A DNA stretch of 64,000 bases from Eledone cirrhosa (Eukaryota). The DNA lies in assembly GCA_964016885.1 (NCBI GenBank), contig OZ024741.1, positions 101,990,001 to 102,054,000 of the forward strand, given 5' to 3'. The first letter of the stretch is position 1, and each line of letters starts with the position of its first letter. This document shows, piece by piece, positions 27,751 to 40,908 of this stretch. The notes beneath the pieces were generated by a model. The model made no database searches and had not been told where the DNA came from. It was given only the letters and a program-made list of their open reading frames with translations. A program made the position numbers and the translations under genes.

Positions 27751-28633
27751 AAATTTTTATTATATTTTTTATTTTTTTATTTGAATAAATATATAGTTTG
27801 TGCAAATATAGATATTTGTATAATAGCATATTTATTATTCCTATCCTGAAAGTAGAACTTATATAGAGATTTAATATAATATAACAAATATTAATTTATT
27901 ATCATAATTCCACATATATATGTATATATATAAGTTGCTGAAAACTCTGCGTTAATCATTATACTAACTACTTGACAATTAATTTTTAGATATTTCTAAC
28001 AATAAGTTCTTCATAAGCTTTACATACCGAAAATGTTGACATTTTTATAGGTAATTTTCATTAAAGATTACATTTAGGAAAATATTCAACAGTGTAAATT
28101 TTCCTTTCGCTGGCCAGATAAATCCTTTAAATTCTATCCTCATAAAATTCAGAAGTTTAGAAATGTTAACACATTTATAGAATTTATAAAATTAATAAAT
28201 ATAAATAACCATCAACTTTAAAAAAACCCTAAAATCTTGATTCTTCACCCTTAAAATAACATAAATTAAATATTTTGAAACTTAACCGTTTAGCTTTTAG
28301 GGAAAAGCAATCTCTTTCTGCATATATTACTCCCCTTTATCTTTCCATCTCTTTAAATCCTCTATAAGCGGCCTTCATAAACAGTTATAATTCATGAAAC
28401 GTTTTCCTAGATAACCATAACTTGTAGTATCCCACATTTTAAAATCTCTATAGCTGTCACATTAACCAACGTTTTTCATACTCACACATTCTCTATTGAA
28501 TTTATTACGTTTTCGCATTATCTCATTATTAGGGTATAAATGTTTAATTTTCTCTTGGATTAATCACTACCTTGATTAAATCTTAACCATTATTTAATGG
28601 TTTAACATCTCAGGGTATGTCATGTATCATTAT

Positions 28634-28687
28634 ATTTTGTCTGATGAGGACGTACTGTTGTACCTCTGAAATATGTATAATAAAATT
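28634..28687 (+). ncRNA. Hammerhead motif (family shared with 34020-34080)
   Basis: ATTTTGT-CTGATGA-gga-cGTAC-tgtt-GTAC-ctct-GAAATATGTA-ta-ATAAAAT. Confidence 0.5.
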
Positions 28688-28832
28688 TAATTGATCAAAA
28701 GAAGATCTATTTTATCAATATTTGTATTTTAATATTAATAACTCTGGAAAATTATTTTTTCCTGTAGAGTGCTTTCAATCTACTGTAAAACTCATTCTTT
28801 GATGTACTCATTGAATCTTGTTTAATTCCTTA

Positions 28833-29013
<181 letters not shown>

Positions 29014-30654
29014 TATTTATGTATACTTATATATATACTATATGTATACATACATACATGGTGGTTGCCAACTCGTTTTCGAGTACGGCCACTACTTTAT
29101 ATCCATGTAGGAGAACCCCTACCGATGCGCTGAACGAGTGTGACTTTCTAGTCCAGCCAGCGACTTGAAAACTCTGGTACGACAATTATTGATACATAGT
29201 GCTGGGCCCATGGTACCATGTGACGACAAGTGCAGAGAGATCTCCAGATATAAAGCAATACCTGTGCCGTGAAGCTTTTATAGTGAGCAAAGGCACTGCA
29301 CAAAGCCAGTCCCACTCTCTTAACCAAGATGATATTTACCAAAAAGAAGAACAAGTCAACATCATTGGATACCATCAGAGTTTCAGGTGTTATATCAGAG
29401 TTTTCCTTCTCCTAGAATTCTGCCTTGACAAAGGCTAAGGGGTCATCTCTCCCAGTACATACATACATACATACATACATACATACATACATACATACAT
29501 ACATACATACACATATATACATACATATATATACATATATATACATAATACATATATGCATACATATATATACATAATACATATAAACATACATATATAC
29601 ATAATACATATATACATACATATATATACACACAAATACATTGCAAAGGCACGTACACGTTTATACAATACTAGTATATATTTACTTATACACATTTATA
29701 TACACACAATTACTGCACACTTACAACAGTTTGTTGGTAACTATGCTAATATTGGGGGGAGAAATTGACAATTTTTCTCGATGAAAGTCGCTAATACTTA
29801 GGTGTCGTACCACGTGACTTAGGGGCGCTGGTTTGCACGTGTTTCCATACGTGCGCCTGTGTGTGTCTAAGTGCGCGCGTGTACATGCGTGAATATATGT
29901 GTGTAAGTGCACGTGAATATACGTCTAAGTGTGTATATATGTGTGTGTCTGTATGTGTGTGTGTGTATCTATGTGTGCATGCATATGTGTGTGAATATGT
30001 ATATTTATGTATATATACATTTTGAGCATGTGTATGTGTGTGTGTGTGTGTGTGCGTGAAAATGCATACGTAAATGCGCGTGTGTGGTCATGAAAGTGTG
30101 TGAACGTACGCTGAAGCGCCGACGTACAGATACATATACATACTTGTGATCATGCATATATATATACATATGCACATACATGCATACATACAATTATATA
30201 TACATACACACATACATATATATACATATATATATATGCATACACACATACACACATACATATATATACACGCACACACACACACACATATATATATACA
30301 TATTTACATGCATACATATATATACAGAGTGTACATATACACACATGCATACATACATACATATATACAAACATATGTATATATGCGTGTGTCTTTATGC
30401 CTTTTTACGATAAAAACTTCATTACTTTTTCTTCAGAGAACCTGAGTTTTTCATCTTTAATAGAAATTAAATTATCCAACATCTTAATCTAATTATCAAT
30501 ATTCTATTTACACTTCAAACTAACTGAAATGAGCTCACTACATTCCCAATTCTTAATACCTTGTGAAACTGCAAGTAACGTTAAAACATTTTTTTTTCTA
30601 TAAAAATAGTTTTGAATACCATTGCTGCAAAAACTGAGATACATGTCCTTTTAA

Positions 30655-31297
30655 GGAAGCCTGCACAGTGTCTCTACATATGAATGGCGTTCCACTAAAG
30701 CTGGTAGAGAAGTTCAAGTATCTTGGGGCTTTCTTCACGAGTGATGGAATGTAGGAGGCTGAATTAAGTGCAAGAATTGCAGAAGCTGGAGCAGTAAAGT
30801 GCCAGCTTCAGCATTCGGTAATCAGAAGAAGGGTAGTAGGCTTAAAAGCCAAACTCGCTATCTTCAATTCGGTATTTGTACCAACCCTTACTTATGGTCA
30901 TGAATCTTGGGTGATGATCGAAAGAATACGATTGTGAATACAAGCAACCGAAATGGTATCCCCCAGAAGGGTCTTTGGAGTAACGTTCCTCGATAAAATG
31001 CGTAGCTCGGAGATCAGATAGTCACTCTAGGTAGAACTGCTACTTCTTCGAATTGAGGGATCACAGCTCCGATATTATGGGCATGTGGTTAGAACGTGTC
31101 AGGAAAGAATCGCTGGACTGATTTTACGGCAAAACCAACCGGCAGGAAACCCAGAGCAAGATGGTTGGATAACATGCATGAACAAGGTTGGTTACGCTGG
31201 GGGTTCGAGCCGGATAAATTGGAGTGGTTGCTTCTGACAGGAACCGCTAGAAGAAGTGTTTGCGGATTTTGCCCCCAGGAATAAGTGGGCGAAGGAG
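30655..31297 (+). mobile_element. RTE-like LINE 3' fragment (same family as 16879-17505)
   Basis: MNGVPLKLVEKFKYLG...FVPTLTYGHESW...YYGHVVR...KPRARWLD. Confidence 0.85.
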
Positions 31298-31626
31298 GTC
31301 GATAAACGATGCTTTTCCAGGAGGTTTGCAGGAACACGGCCACTGACAACAAACTTTCATATTTCCTAGTTTTTTATAATACATGTCGATCATGTTCATT
31401 TGGAATGCCTGTAAATAAATGTGATCATTTCCCCCGTTAGAAAGAGCAGCAAAATCTGTGTTCAATGAATATTTTCTAGCGTAGGTATTTAAATAAGGGA
31501 GGTAGTGTGTATTCACCGATGATATTTAAAGAAAACGAAAAATATTACGAACATGACTATTTTCATACAGTCATTCATACCTAAAATAAAAGCTTTTTAA
31601 TGTAGTTAATAAAAGTAAAAGGAAAT

Positions 31627-31748
31627 GCTTACAGCATCTAGGTTTCCCAAGCGGTCACCCATCTAAGTACTAACTAGGCTGACCTATCTAAGTACAACTT
31701 CAGTGATCGGGCGAGAACCGGTGTTTTCAGCGTGATATGGCGGTAAAC
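31627..31748 (-). rRNA. 5S rRNA-like copy with rearranged internal promoter (probable pseudogene)
   Basis: GTTTACCGCCATATCACGCTGAAAACACCGGTTCTCGCCCGATCACTGAAGTT...GTTAGTACTTAGATGGGTGACCGCTTGGGAAACCTAGATGCTGTAAGC, followed by T runs. Confidence 0.9.
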
Positions 31749-31810
31749 GAAGTCCTACCTTCAATTTAACATTTTTTACTATAAATCAACTCACTATGGA
31801 CTATAACTTC

Positions 31811-32042
31811 CATGAGCTTGGGGATCCAGCTGTATCAATTAGAGACGGTTGCTTCTGACAGAACCCGTTGGAAGGTGTGTTTGATGACTCTACCCCCAAC
31901 GACTCTTTCAGGAATAAGTGGGCGAGGAGGAGCAGGAGGAGGAGGAGGAGGAGGAGGAGAAGAAGAAGAAGAAGAAGAAGAAGAAGAAGAAGAAGAAGAA
32001 GAAGAAGAAGAAGAAGAAGAAGAAGAAGAAGAAGAAGAAGAA
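31811..32042 (+). mobile_element. RTE-like LINE extreme 3' end with (GGA)n(GAA)n tail
   Basis: Matches the 3' end of 16879-17130. Confidence 0.8.
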
Positions 32043-32899
32043 CCTTTGAATGGGTATGAACTTTATTGAATTTAACTTAAAAGCTTAAATTTAAGTTAAA
32101 AGCTTCAACGCGCCATTTCGACTCTGAAAATAGTCTACGTTGGACATATAAAACACTGGAGACGGAAAAATGGGGACAGCGTTGCCAGTAGGGCACGAAC
32201 ACACAACTGCCTTATTACAGATGACTATACTTACCAGTTGCATGAAAGCGAGGCTGGCGAATTTCTGTTAATTTTTAAGCTTTTAATAATCGACCAGAAA
32301 GGAAGCAAACTACCTATTTTTAGAATCGTTGAGTGGATGTGAATTTTGTTGAATTTAATAGTCTAATACGTTGGGCATATAAGCCCCTGGAGACAGAGTG
32401 TATATGATAAAATTATATCTGTATATAAACAGTGCATAGGTAACTGAGACTGCGTAAATCTACACCTTTTTATTATACAAACAAGTAAACGTGCAAAATA
32501 TATGAATTTTCCTGTAAATTGAAAAAGTGATAAATGCTTTTAACCAATTGTCGAACCCAGCTGCTTCCTCATCAGACGGTATGTGTATCATCTAAAAAAA
32601 AACACAATAAAATACATAGCCGAAGGACTTATATGCCCTATCATTTAGAGTAGTGTCCTGGACGTACTAATTTGTATATTATTAATGCTTGTATTTATAG
32701 AAATATAGAAAAATATTGAGACCGAAAATTGATTAGAGGTATCTATCATCTTCTAATTTAGAAGGAAATACGTATGTTTACATGTGTAGATACTAAAAAT
32801 GTGTAAATTTATTTACACATTTATGCAGTCATGTTTACCTCTATACTATACAAATATAACTTTATTGTATATATCGACTCTCACACACATATATATATA

Positions 32900-33530
32900 T
32901 ATATGAATGTATATATAGTGTATTTTTCAATGCACTGTATGCTTAATTAAAAGCATTTTGAAGACCTTACGCTATTCTTTTAAAGTAGTGATTATGTCAC
33001 TTACTTCTTTTTTCAGCAAACAAAGGGAGATAAGCTAAAATTATGAATGTTGGATTCTTATAGAATTCCAGTAATAATCAGGAACTGATTATACAGAGCG
33101 GTTGCCGGTCCAGCATTGCTGAAAAAAAAAGTAAGTGACATAGTCAGTACTTTAAAACAATAGCGTAAAGTCTTCAAAATGCTTTTAATTAAGCATACAG
33201 TGCATTGAAAAATACACTATATATACATTCATATATATATCGCTATTTCAGAACACCAATTCTAATTTTCAATTTTTGCTGGACCGGCACCCGCTCTGTA
33301 TAATCAGTTCCTGATTATTACTGGAATTCTATAAGAATCCAACATTCATAATTTTCATCAAACAAAGGGAGTGTTAAGCTCTGAAGAGTACCAACAGTAC
33401 GAAACAGAGATCTGTCAGCTTATCTCCCTTAGTTTGCTAAAAAAAGAAGTAAGTGACATAGTCACTACTTTAAAAGAATAGCGTAAGGTCTTCAAAATGC
33501 TTTTAATTAAGCATAAAGTGTATTGCAAAA

Positions 33531-33535
<5 letters not shown>
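32900..33535. repeat. Nested inverted repeats of a Penelope-type terminal repeat
   Basis: 32905-33040 is the reverse complement of 33125-33240 and of 33415-33530. 33040-33115 is the reverse complement of 33280-33355. A related fragment lies at 4640-4715. Confidence 0.85.
33365..33430 (+). ncRNA. Canonical type I hammerhead ribozyme, predicted cleavage after GUC at 33416
   Basis: AAGGGAG-tgt-TAAGCT-CTGAAGA-GTAC-caaca-GTAC-GAA-ACAGA-ga-TCTGT-C-AGCTTA-t-CTCCCTT. All core residues and all three stems are present. Confidence 0.88.
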
Positions 33536-33602
<67 letters not shown>

Positions 33603-33607
33603 CACAC

Positions 33608-33692
<85 letters not shown>

Positions 33693-33704
33693 ATATGGGA
33701 TAAC

Positions 33705-33803
33705 CAGTATTCCGATGATTTGATCAGAGATACACACTGTATTTAAGGTCGAGTGACGCAATTTCGAGTGATCATCTGATCAATGAAACAATTGTTAATA
33801 CTG
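33705..33803 (+). ncRNA. Hammerhead motif with CCGATGA core variant
   Basis: CAGTATT-CCGATGA-t-TTGATCAGA...TCTGATCAA-t-GAAAC-AATT-GTT-AATACTG. Confidence 0.7.
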
Positions 33804-34019
33804 TAAATAAAACCCTTTTTGCACAGCCGACCATGTTATTCTTCACTCTTTCACTATTTTCCCATTTTCCTATTACTCAACCCTAAGTATTGAGTACTCT
33901 GGTGCGTTATGGTCCATCTGGTTCCTTACCACACCTCCTTCGTTATATACTATCCAGGTAAAACTTGAACTGTTAAGGTCTCATTCTTGGATATGTCAAT
34001 ATTTATAAAACAAGCTTTG

Positions 34020-34080
34020 TATTTTATCTGATGAGAGCATACCAAAGTTTTGGTACCCTTGAAATATATAGAATAGAATA
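34020..34080 (+). ncRNA. Hammerhead motif
   Basis: TATTTTAT-CTGATGA-gagca-TACCAAA-gt-TTTGGTA-ccctt-GAAATATATA-ga-ATAGAATA. Confidence 0.55.
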
Positions 34081-34299
34081 AATATGGTTTTATAAATATA
34101 GTTTCCATTTATTAATATCATTGATATTATACTCCAGAAAACTTGTGGAGTGCTTCGAATCTGTTATAAATATATATATGTGTTGAATTACCAACAAATT
34201 AAATATCCCTTTGCTTATATTATATATATATATATAATAGTAGAACACTGGAGGGTTATATCCGTAGTAGTAGAGCACCCAGTCCATGGGATGAGTTTG

Positions 34300-34439
34300 G
34301 TAGAAGTTGTTCTACAACAGTTAGTTCACCATACCGAGAATAAATGTTACACCTTATGCGGATCCTCACGAGCTCAGGATCCGCATAAGGTGTAACATTT
34401 GCTCTCGGTATTGTGAACTAAGTGTTGTGGAACTACTCT

Positions 34440-34440
<1 letters not shown>
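34300..34440. repeat. Palindrome with ~65-bp arms (axis ~34370)
   Basis: aaatgttacaccttatgcggatcct / aggatccgcataaggtgtaacattt. Confidence 0.85.
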
Positions 34441-34479
<39 letters not shown>

Positions 34480-35187
34480 CGTGTGTGTGTATATGTATAT
34501 ATACACACATATGAGGGTATGGTTTGGGGTTGCGCAGGTACTGATATCCTTTTTCTGTTTAGGGCGAGGGGGTGGTTTATATGCCTTATACTTTAGACTA
34601 TTAGTCTATAGGCAAGGGTTCTATGGAGATTATATATATATATCCATATAGACATACGAGTAGACCTCCTCTCAAAGAAATTACCGGTACAGTTGAGAAT
34701 ATCAGACAGCGGTGTACTAGAGTCTATATAGAAGTTTGTGGGATTAACGTTTGCTGGAGATGCTTATTTGCATATAGTATATAGAAAACATGGACTAGAA
34801 ATGCTCATTTTCATATAGTGCTAACTTGGCTGGTTATAATTAATTGGCACGACAGCGTTTACGTATAATAGGGGTGTATATAAAAACGTATAAACATATA
34901 CTATATGGTTATATATAATAAATATATGGATAGCCTTGCTACCTAAGAAAATATTTTTTTGCAACGAAAAAAAAAAAGACAACATTTCTTTTCGCTATTC
35001 TACTTTGTGAATATATCATAGAACTGCAAATACGGTTGAAAATATCAGACACCACTATATGCAAATGAGTATTCGCAGCCGATGTTTATTATTTGCTATA
35101 TGCAAATAAGCATCTTCAGCAAATGTTAATCATGCAAAATTCTATATAAACTCTAGTCTATTTCCATGACAGTATGGGTTGAAAGTG

Positions 35188-35235
35188 TGTCACTGATGAA
35201 CAGTTCAAAAATCATGAAACAGCGCTGTCAGACAT
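35188..35235 (+). ncRNA. Decayed hammerhead motif within an inverted-repeat region (34690-35250)
   Basis: tgtca-CTGATGA...GAAACAGCGCTGTC-agaca. Stem III is palindromic; stem II is lost. Confidence 0.45.
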
Positions 35236-36095
35236 TCTTAACCACACTGGCAACTCTGTGATATATTCAGAAGAATATTTTTCGTTTACTTTCTTATAGA
35301 TAAGGGAGATCCCATTGGCTGCTTTTCCGGAAGAATTCAATGTTAGCTTAGATAAGCATGGAGATTTTCTTTGTCTTGGAAATAGTCTGGTGCTTTAAGT
35401 CTGAGGTTATTTGACCATCAATATAAGAGTTTGTATGGCCTTGTATAGCCTTTTAGTTAAATAACCTTGAATTTTAGCGTTCAGAAATATTTCAAGTTGG
35501 TGTTTTATAGGTAAAACATACAATTTACAATTTTATTTTAAATTTTTACGAGACAGGTATCAAGTATTTTTCTTTTAAGTAAGGGTCTAAATTCAATAGT
35601 TCACCTAGACCGGTACTTAGGTTTGCATGGTTTTCGTTGAAAAAAAAGGTAAAATAGCAATGCCTATAAACTACGTTTAAAACACGTTGTGGTATTTAGT
35701 TAATTACATTCACATATATAAATTACAATTAAAGGAAGTAATTCTAAATGGTATATTACGTAATAGGGCAAAAAAATGTTGTAATTAGTATTAAGGGCTC
35801 CAATATATAATTATTATTTGTATGACGTGGGTACAAATAAAACTATAATCGTGCCCAGTATTGACAATTACAGATTTTACAGATTTCAGAATTTAAAGTT
35901 ACCTCCCTTGCATAATTGGGTTTGTAATTAACATGTAACTAAAGTAGATAACATATAATGAAATAGGTACAAAAATATCTAATTAAAAGTTTAGAGACAC
36001 ATAATGGAGTTTTAGGACATTATAGATTGGCTGACAACATAGCAACCAGCAACTGAGAGTGTTGATGTAGTTAAATATAAGAAGTATCGCCAGTT

Positions 36096-36163
36096 GCCTC
36101 GGTAGCGCAGTAGGCAGCGCGTCAGTCTCATAAAGGTCGTGAGTTCGATCCTCACCTGGGGCA
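36096..36163 (+). pseudogene. tRNA-Met(CAT) pseudogene with a 27-nt deletion (intron + 3' anticodon stem)
   Basis: CTCATA-AAGGTCG; ATCTG is missing. Confidence 0.85.
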
Positions 36164-37332
36164 CAATTTTTTCATTTTTATTATTCAATAATATTATCTT
36201 TCACAATTTACTGAACCAGATTTGAGAGCCTACATGTTACAACTAACCTGGTGATTTTAACAACTTCGGGCCTAAATTTCACAATTGGGCTTATAACCAG
36301 ATGTCCTTGTCATTTTAACAGCTTTGGTGTCTTAATCTTACAATTGGGCTTATAATCAGATCTACTGGTTATTTTAATAACTTTGGCTTCCAAAATCTCA
36401 CAATTGGCTTGAGTCTATTACCAGCTTTGGAGGCCTACACTTCACAGTTGTCTTGGGCCTATAATCAGTTTGGGGACCGCAGATTTCGCAACTGATGACG
36501 CCATGCTTTGCAGCAAAGAGTTACGGCCCTTTATGGGCTTACATTTAGCAACTGACGTGGGACTATCACCAACTTTGGGAAACGACATTTCACACTTCAT
36601 CTGGGTCTAAGTTCTGGTTTGCAAAGTCTTGTTTGTAAGTGAAGGAAAATAATATCTGTGAACTCCGTTCAAAATATTCTGTGGTATTTAGTTATGTTAA
36701 AGATTAACGTATATTAATTATAATTAGATGAAGTACTTCCGAATGTAAGGTTATTTCTCTTGGACCATAATGAATTCTAATTTAGGTATAAGGGCAGCAA
36801 TTTGTGGGGAAGTAAAAAACTATAATATCGATCTCAGTACTTTATTAGTATTTTATTCTAACGAACCAGGAACGATGGAAGGCAAGGTTGGAATCGACAG
36901 CATTTGATCTCTTCTATGTACAATAATAAAAACAAAAACACTGTAATAAATATGTTGTATTAACGGTCCCCATATATATTTTATATTTAGATGAAATGCG
37001 CGCAATAAAGATCTATAATCGTGCCTAGTACACACAATAAGTGAATGTAGAGACTTCAGAATTTATGGTTATTTCCCTTGCACAAGAATGTAAATACATC
37101 CAGTTTCGTAATTGACAGGAAATTAAAGTAAGTGATTAACAAATTATTAAGATAGGTAATGTAGGAAAACCTACTTCATTATATTTTTAAAGTATGTACA
37201 GTATAAGGAACTATGTGCAAAAACAGCTCTAATCAAAAGTGAATCAGATATACACATAGTAGATTGTCTGACAATATCGACATTATAAAGTGATAGTGTT
37301 GATATAGTTAAATAGAAAAAGTGCGTCTAGTT

Positions 37333-37427
37333 GCCTCGGTAGCGCAGTAGGCAGCGCGTCAGTCTCATAATCAAAAGTAGTACTTGGAGGAATCTGAAGG
37401 TCGTGAGTTCGATCCTCACCTGGGGCA
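37333..37427 (+). tRNA. tRNA-Met-CAT: Elongator tRNA-Met(CAT), intact, 22-nt intron
   Basis: GCCTCGGTAGCGCAGTAGGCAGCGCGTCAGTCTCATA[ATCAAAAGTAGTACTTGGAGGA]ATCTGAAGGTCGTGAGTTCGATCCTCACCTGGGGCA, followed by a T-run. Confidence 0.93.
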
Positions 37428-38040
37428 CATTACTTTTCTTTCATTTTTATTATTTTTTTTAGTTCAATAATATTATCCTTTGAAGGGCATTTAAAGCTTA
37501 TTTATGAAGCGAGAAGTAGATATTTTCTATATTCAGAAATGATCAACCATACATTATGTGTTCTATTAAACAAAATATACAATGAATTGATTGGCATTTC
37601 GTAATATGGAGTATATTTTACATTTACCAGGTTTAGCGCCTTCATTTCACAACGCACTATTGACCGCCTATATTTCATAAACAAGCTGTGCTTATCACCT
37701 GCCCTGAGACCTATGTTCCAGAACTGACAAAGGAGTATAACCAGCTTTAGCTGTCTACATTTTTGAGCAGGGTGTAATCTCTGGTTAGTTGTGAAATATA
37801 GGCATTAGAGCCGCTACTGGACCCAGGTTGTTTATGTTATGTAGTCACTCAAAACAGGCAATAGGCTTAGATCAGTTGTAAAATGTAGTTATCTAAAGCT
37901 GATAATAGGACAAGGTTAGTTGTGTAGTCTGGGGGCTCAAATTGGTAATATAAACATGTTCGCATTTTAATATAGGCCACGAATCAGGCAAACACGTGCA
38001 ACTTTAAAGATCCATAGCAATTGGGAAATGTAAGCACAAA

Positions 38041-38390
38041 AAATATTTTATAATCTCTGGTAAGTTGTGAAATGTGTGCTACTAAAACTGGTTGCGCTCC
38101 CTGGTTAGTTGTGAAATATAGGCCTCAAAAATATTTTATAATCTCTGGTAAGTTGTGAAATGTGTGCTACTAAAACTGGTTGCGCTCCCTGGTTAGTTGT
38201 GAAATATAGGCCTCAAAAATATTTTATAATCTCTGGTAAGTTGTGAAATGTGTGCTACTAAAACTGGTTGCGCTCCCTGGTTAGTTGTGAAATATAGGCC
38301 TCAAAAATATTTTATAATCTCTGGTAAGTTGTGAAATGTGTGCCACTAAAACTGGTTGCGCTCCCTGGTTAGTTGTGAAATGTAGTCCTC
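38041..38390. repeat. Young 88-bp tandem repeat x4 (dimer of the 44-bp satellite, inverted orientation)
   Basis: Near-identical copies start at 38041, 38129, 38217 and 38305. Confidence 0.92.
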
Positions 38391-38652
38391 AGAGATGGCT
38401 ATTGGCACAGATAGTTTATGAAATATAGGGCCTCAAAGCAGGCAATATGCCCACGTCACTTGTGAAAAGAACGCCATAAAACTTGCTAAATTTTCTAACT
38501 GCCAAATAATCCAGGGCACATTTTGTTTAATAGAACACATATTGTATGATTGATCATTTCTGAATCGACGAGATATCTACTCCTAGATTCACGAAGTACG
38601 GTTTATAATGCATTCAAAGGATAATATAATTGAACCAAAAAATAAAATAAAT

Positions 38653-38746
38653 TTCCCCGGTCAGAATCGAAATCACGACCTTCAGATTCCTGCATGCAGT
38701 ATTTTAGATTACGAGGCCGACGCGATGCCTACTGCGCTACTGAGGT
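38653..38746 (-). pseudogene. Degenerate tRNA-Met copy with intron
   Basis: Many substitutions; the anticodon reads CGT; B box damaged. Confidence 0.8.
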
Positions 38747-40107
38747 AACTATCGGTGTTTTTTTATAGGTAACTACATCAACACTAACACTAAAATATTT
38801 CTAATTGCTATGTTGTCAACCCATGTACGATGTCTGTCTAACACTGTATTGTGTATATCTTATTTTAATTAGAGATGTTTTTACTTACTTCATTATAATT
38901 TATCTAATTGTTAATTACAAGTTAATTACAAGGCTGGTTTTAGTTTCAGTCTTATGCAGGTGGGGGGGGGGGGGGGGGTAACCTTGATTTCTGTAGTCTA
39001 TAATCTCTAATTGTGCATATTATGCATGGTTGCATTTTTTTTAAATATTCACAATGCCGTGTCAAATATCGTACATAGACTAACAATATAGCAAATAGTA
39101 AGAGATAGTGTTGATGTAGTTAAATAAAAGCAGTGAAGAATATTTCCTAGATTCAGAAATGATCAACCATACATTATGTATTCTATTAAACAAATGTACA
39201 CTGAATTAATTGGCAGTTAGAAATGTGGTGTCTATTTCACATTTACCGGGTTTAGGGTCTTCATTTCACAACGGACCTGGGCATATTGCACGCTTTAGGT
39301 GTCTACATGTCGTAAACAACCCGGGCCTATTATCTTACATTCACAACTGACGATAAAGTAAATCCATCTTACAACTGACATGGAATTACCAGTCTTTGTG
39401 CTTCATTTCACAATTATGCTGGTTGGTCCTTTAAGATATTTTCATGCGGGGAGGAGAGTGAGGCCACACAATTTTCCCGTCTTTTATCAGCTTTGGAAGC
39501 CTTTATTAATAGGTGGACTTGAGCCTATTACCAGTTTGGGGTCCCTAAACTTCACAACTAATCTTGTCATATTAATTACCAGCTTTACATGCCTACATTC
39601 CAATTCATCTGGTGTCATTACTAATTTGGGGCCTACATTTCACACCTAACCTGTGACTATTACCATCTTTGTGGTCGTCCTATATTTCACATCTTACCTG
39701 GACCAATTTACAGATTTCTTCACAGAGGGTGCTGCATTCTCCATCCCAAATGTTCTTATATCGTGATTTACAAGGTCATGATTGTAAGTGCGTTGAAGTA
39801 GAAATGAAGTAGGGGGCAAAAAGAATAAAAATAATAATAATAAAAATATCATGCACAATATGCACAATTACAGATCGTAGACTATATAAGATTACCTTCC
39901 TTGAATAAGATTGAAAATAAAACCAGTTTTGCAATAAGCATGTAATTAACAATAAAATTAAGTATATGGAAGAAGGTAAAAATTATCTCTAATTAAAATA
40001 TAAATAGAAATACGCAATACAGTGCTACATGTTGTACATAAGATGACAACAAAGCAATTAGAAAGTGTTAGTGTTGATGTAGTTAAATATAAAAAGGGCC
40101 GCCAGTT

Positions 40108-40202
40108 ACCTCGGTAGCGCAGTAGGCAGCGCGTCAGTCTCATAATCGTTAGTAATACTTGGAGGAATCTGAAGATCGTGAGTTCGATCCTAACCTGGGG
40201 CA
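40108..40202 (+). pseudogene. tRNA-Met(CAT) copy with intron, 3 exon substitutions
   Basis: G1A, variable-loop G>A, T-stem C>A. Confidence 0.8.
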
Positions 40203-40550
40203 CTAATTTTTTTCATATTTCTTTAGCTCAATTACTGGGATCTATTTTTTACATTTGAAATGGATTTTAAAACATTTTAAAGTGTGGATGGGTGCTACAC
40301 AATTTGCTCGCCATTTTACCAGCTTTGATAAATTACTGATTTTGGTCTTCTATTTCACAGCTAACCTGGGACTATTAGGAGTTCTGAGTGCCTACATTGC
40401 CCTGGTCCTTTAAAACATTTTTTGCGGGGGAAACGGTGGGGCTACGCAATTTGACTGCCCTTTCACCAGCTTTTGTGGCCTATATTAAAAACCTGACTTG
40501 GGCTTATTATCAGTTTAGGGTCCTTAGACTTCACAACTGACCTGGTCCTA

Positions 40551-40908
40551 CACCATGCTTTACAGCATAGAGTTATGGTCCTTTACGTCCTGAGTTCAAA
40601 TCCCGCCGAGGTTAACTTTGTCTTTCATCCTTACGGGGGCGATAAAATAAAGTACCAGTAATGTACTGAGTAATTGCTGGCCTTGTGCCAAAAGTAGAAA
40701 CAATTATTATCTATAGATGCCTACATTTCACATCTGATATGTGTCTATTATTAGCCATGCTTTCCAGCATAGTTACGTCCCTTTACGATCTGAGTTCAAA
40801 TCCCGCCGAGGTTGACTTTGCCTTTCATCCTTACGGGGTCGATAAAATAAAGTACCAGTAATGCACTGGATAATTGCTGGCCTTGTGCCTAAAGTAGAAA
40901 CAATTATT
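40551..40908 (+). mobile_element. Two 5'-truncated Nin-core SINEs (40551-40710, 40756-40908)
   Basis: B box, Nin core and aacaattatta tail. Confidence 0.85.

Noticed and set aside
29060-29455. GC-richer island between microsatellites, possibly an old LINE fragment
   Set aside because: I could not read a diagnostic motif in any frame.
36096-36163. Intronless copy as a spliced, retrotransposed tRNA
   Set aside because: It also lacks 5 exon nucleotides (ATCTG) and retains the genomic flanks, so it is a deletion.
37333-37427. Initiator tRNA-Met
   Set aside because: It lacks A1-U72, the three G-C pairs in the anticodon stem and A54; it has elongator features.
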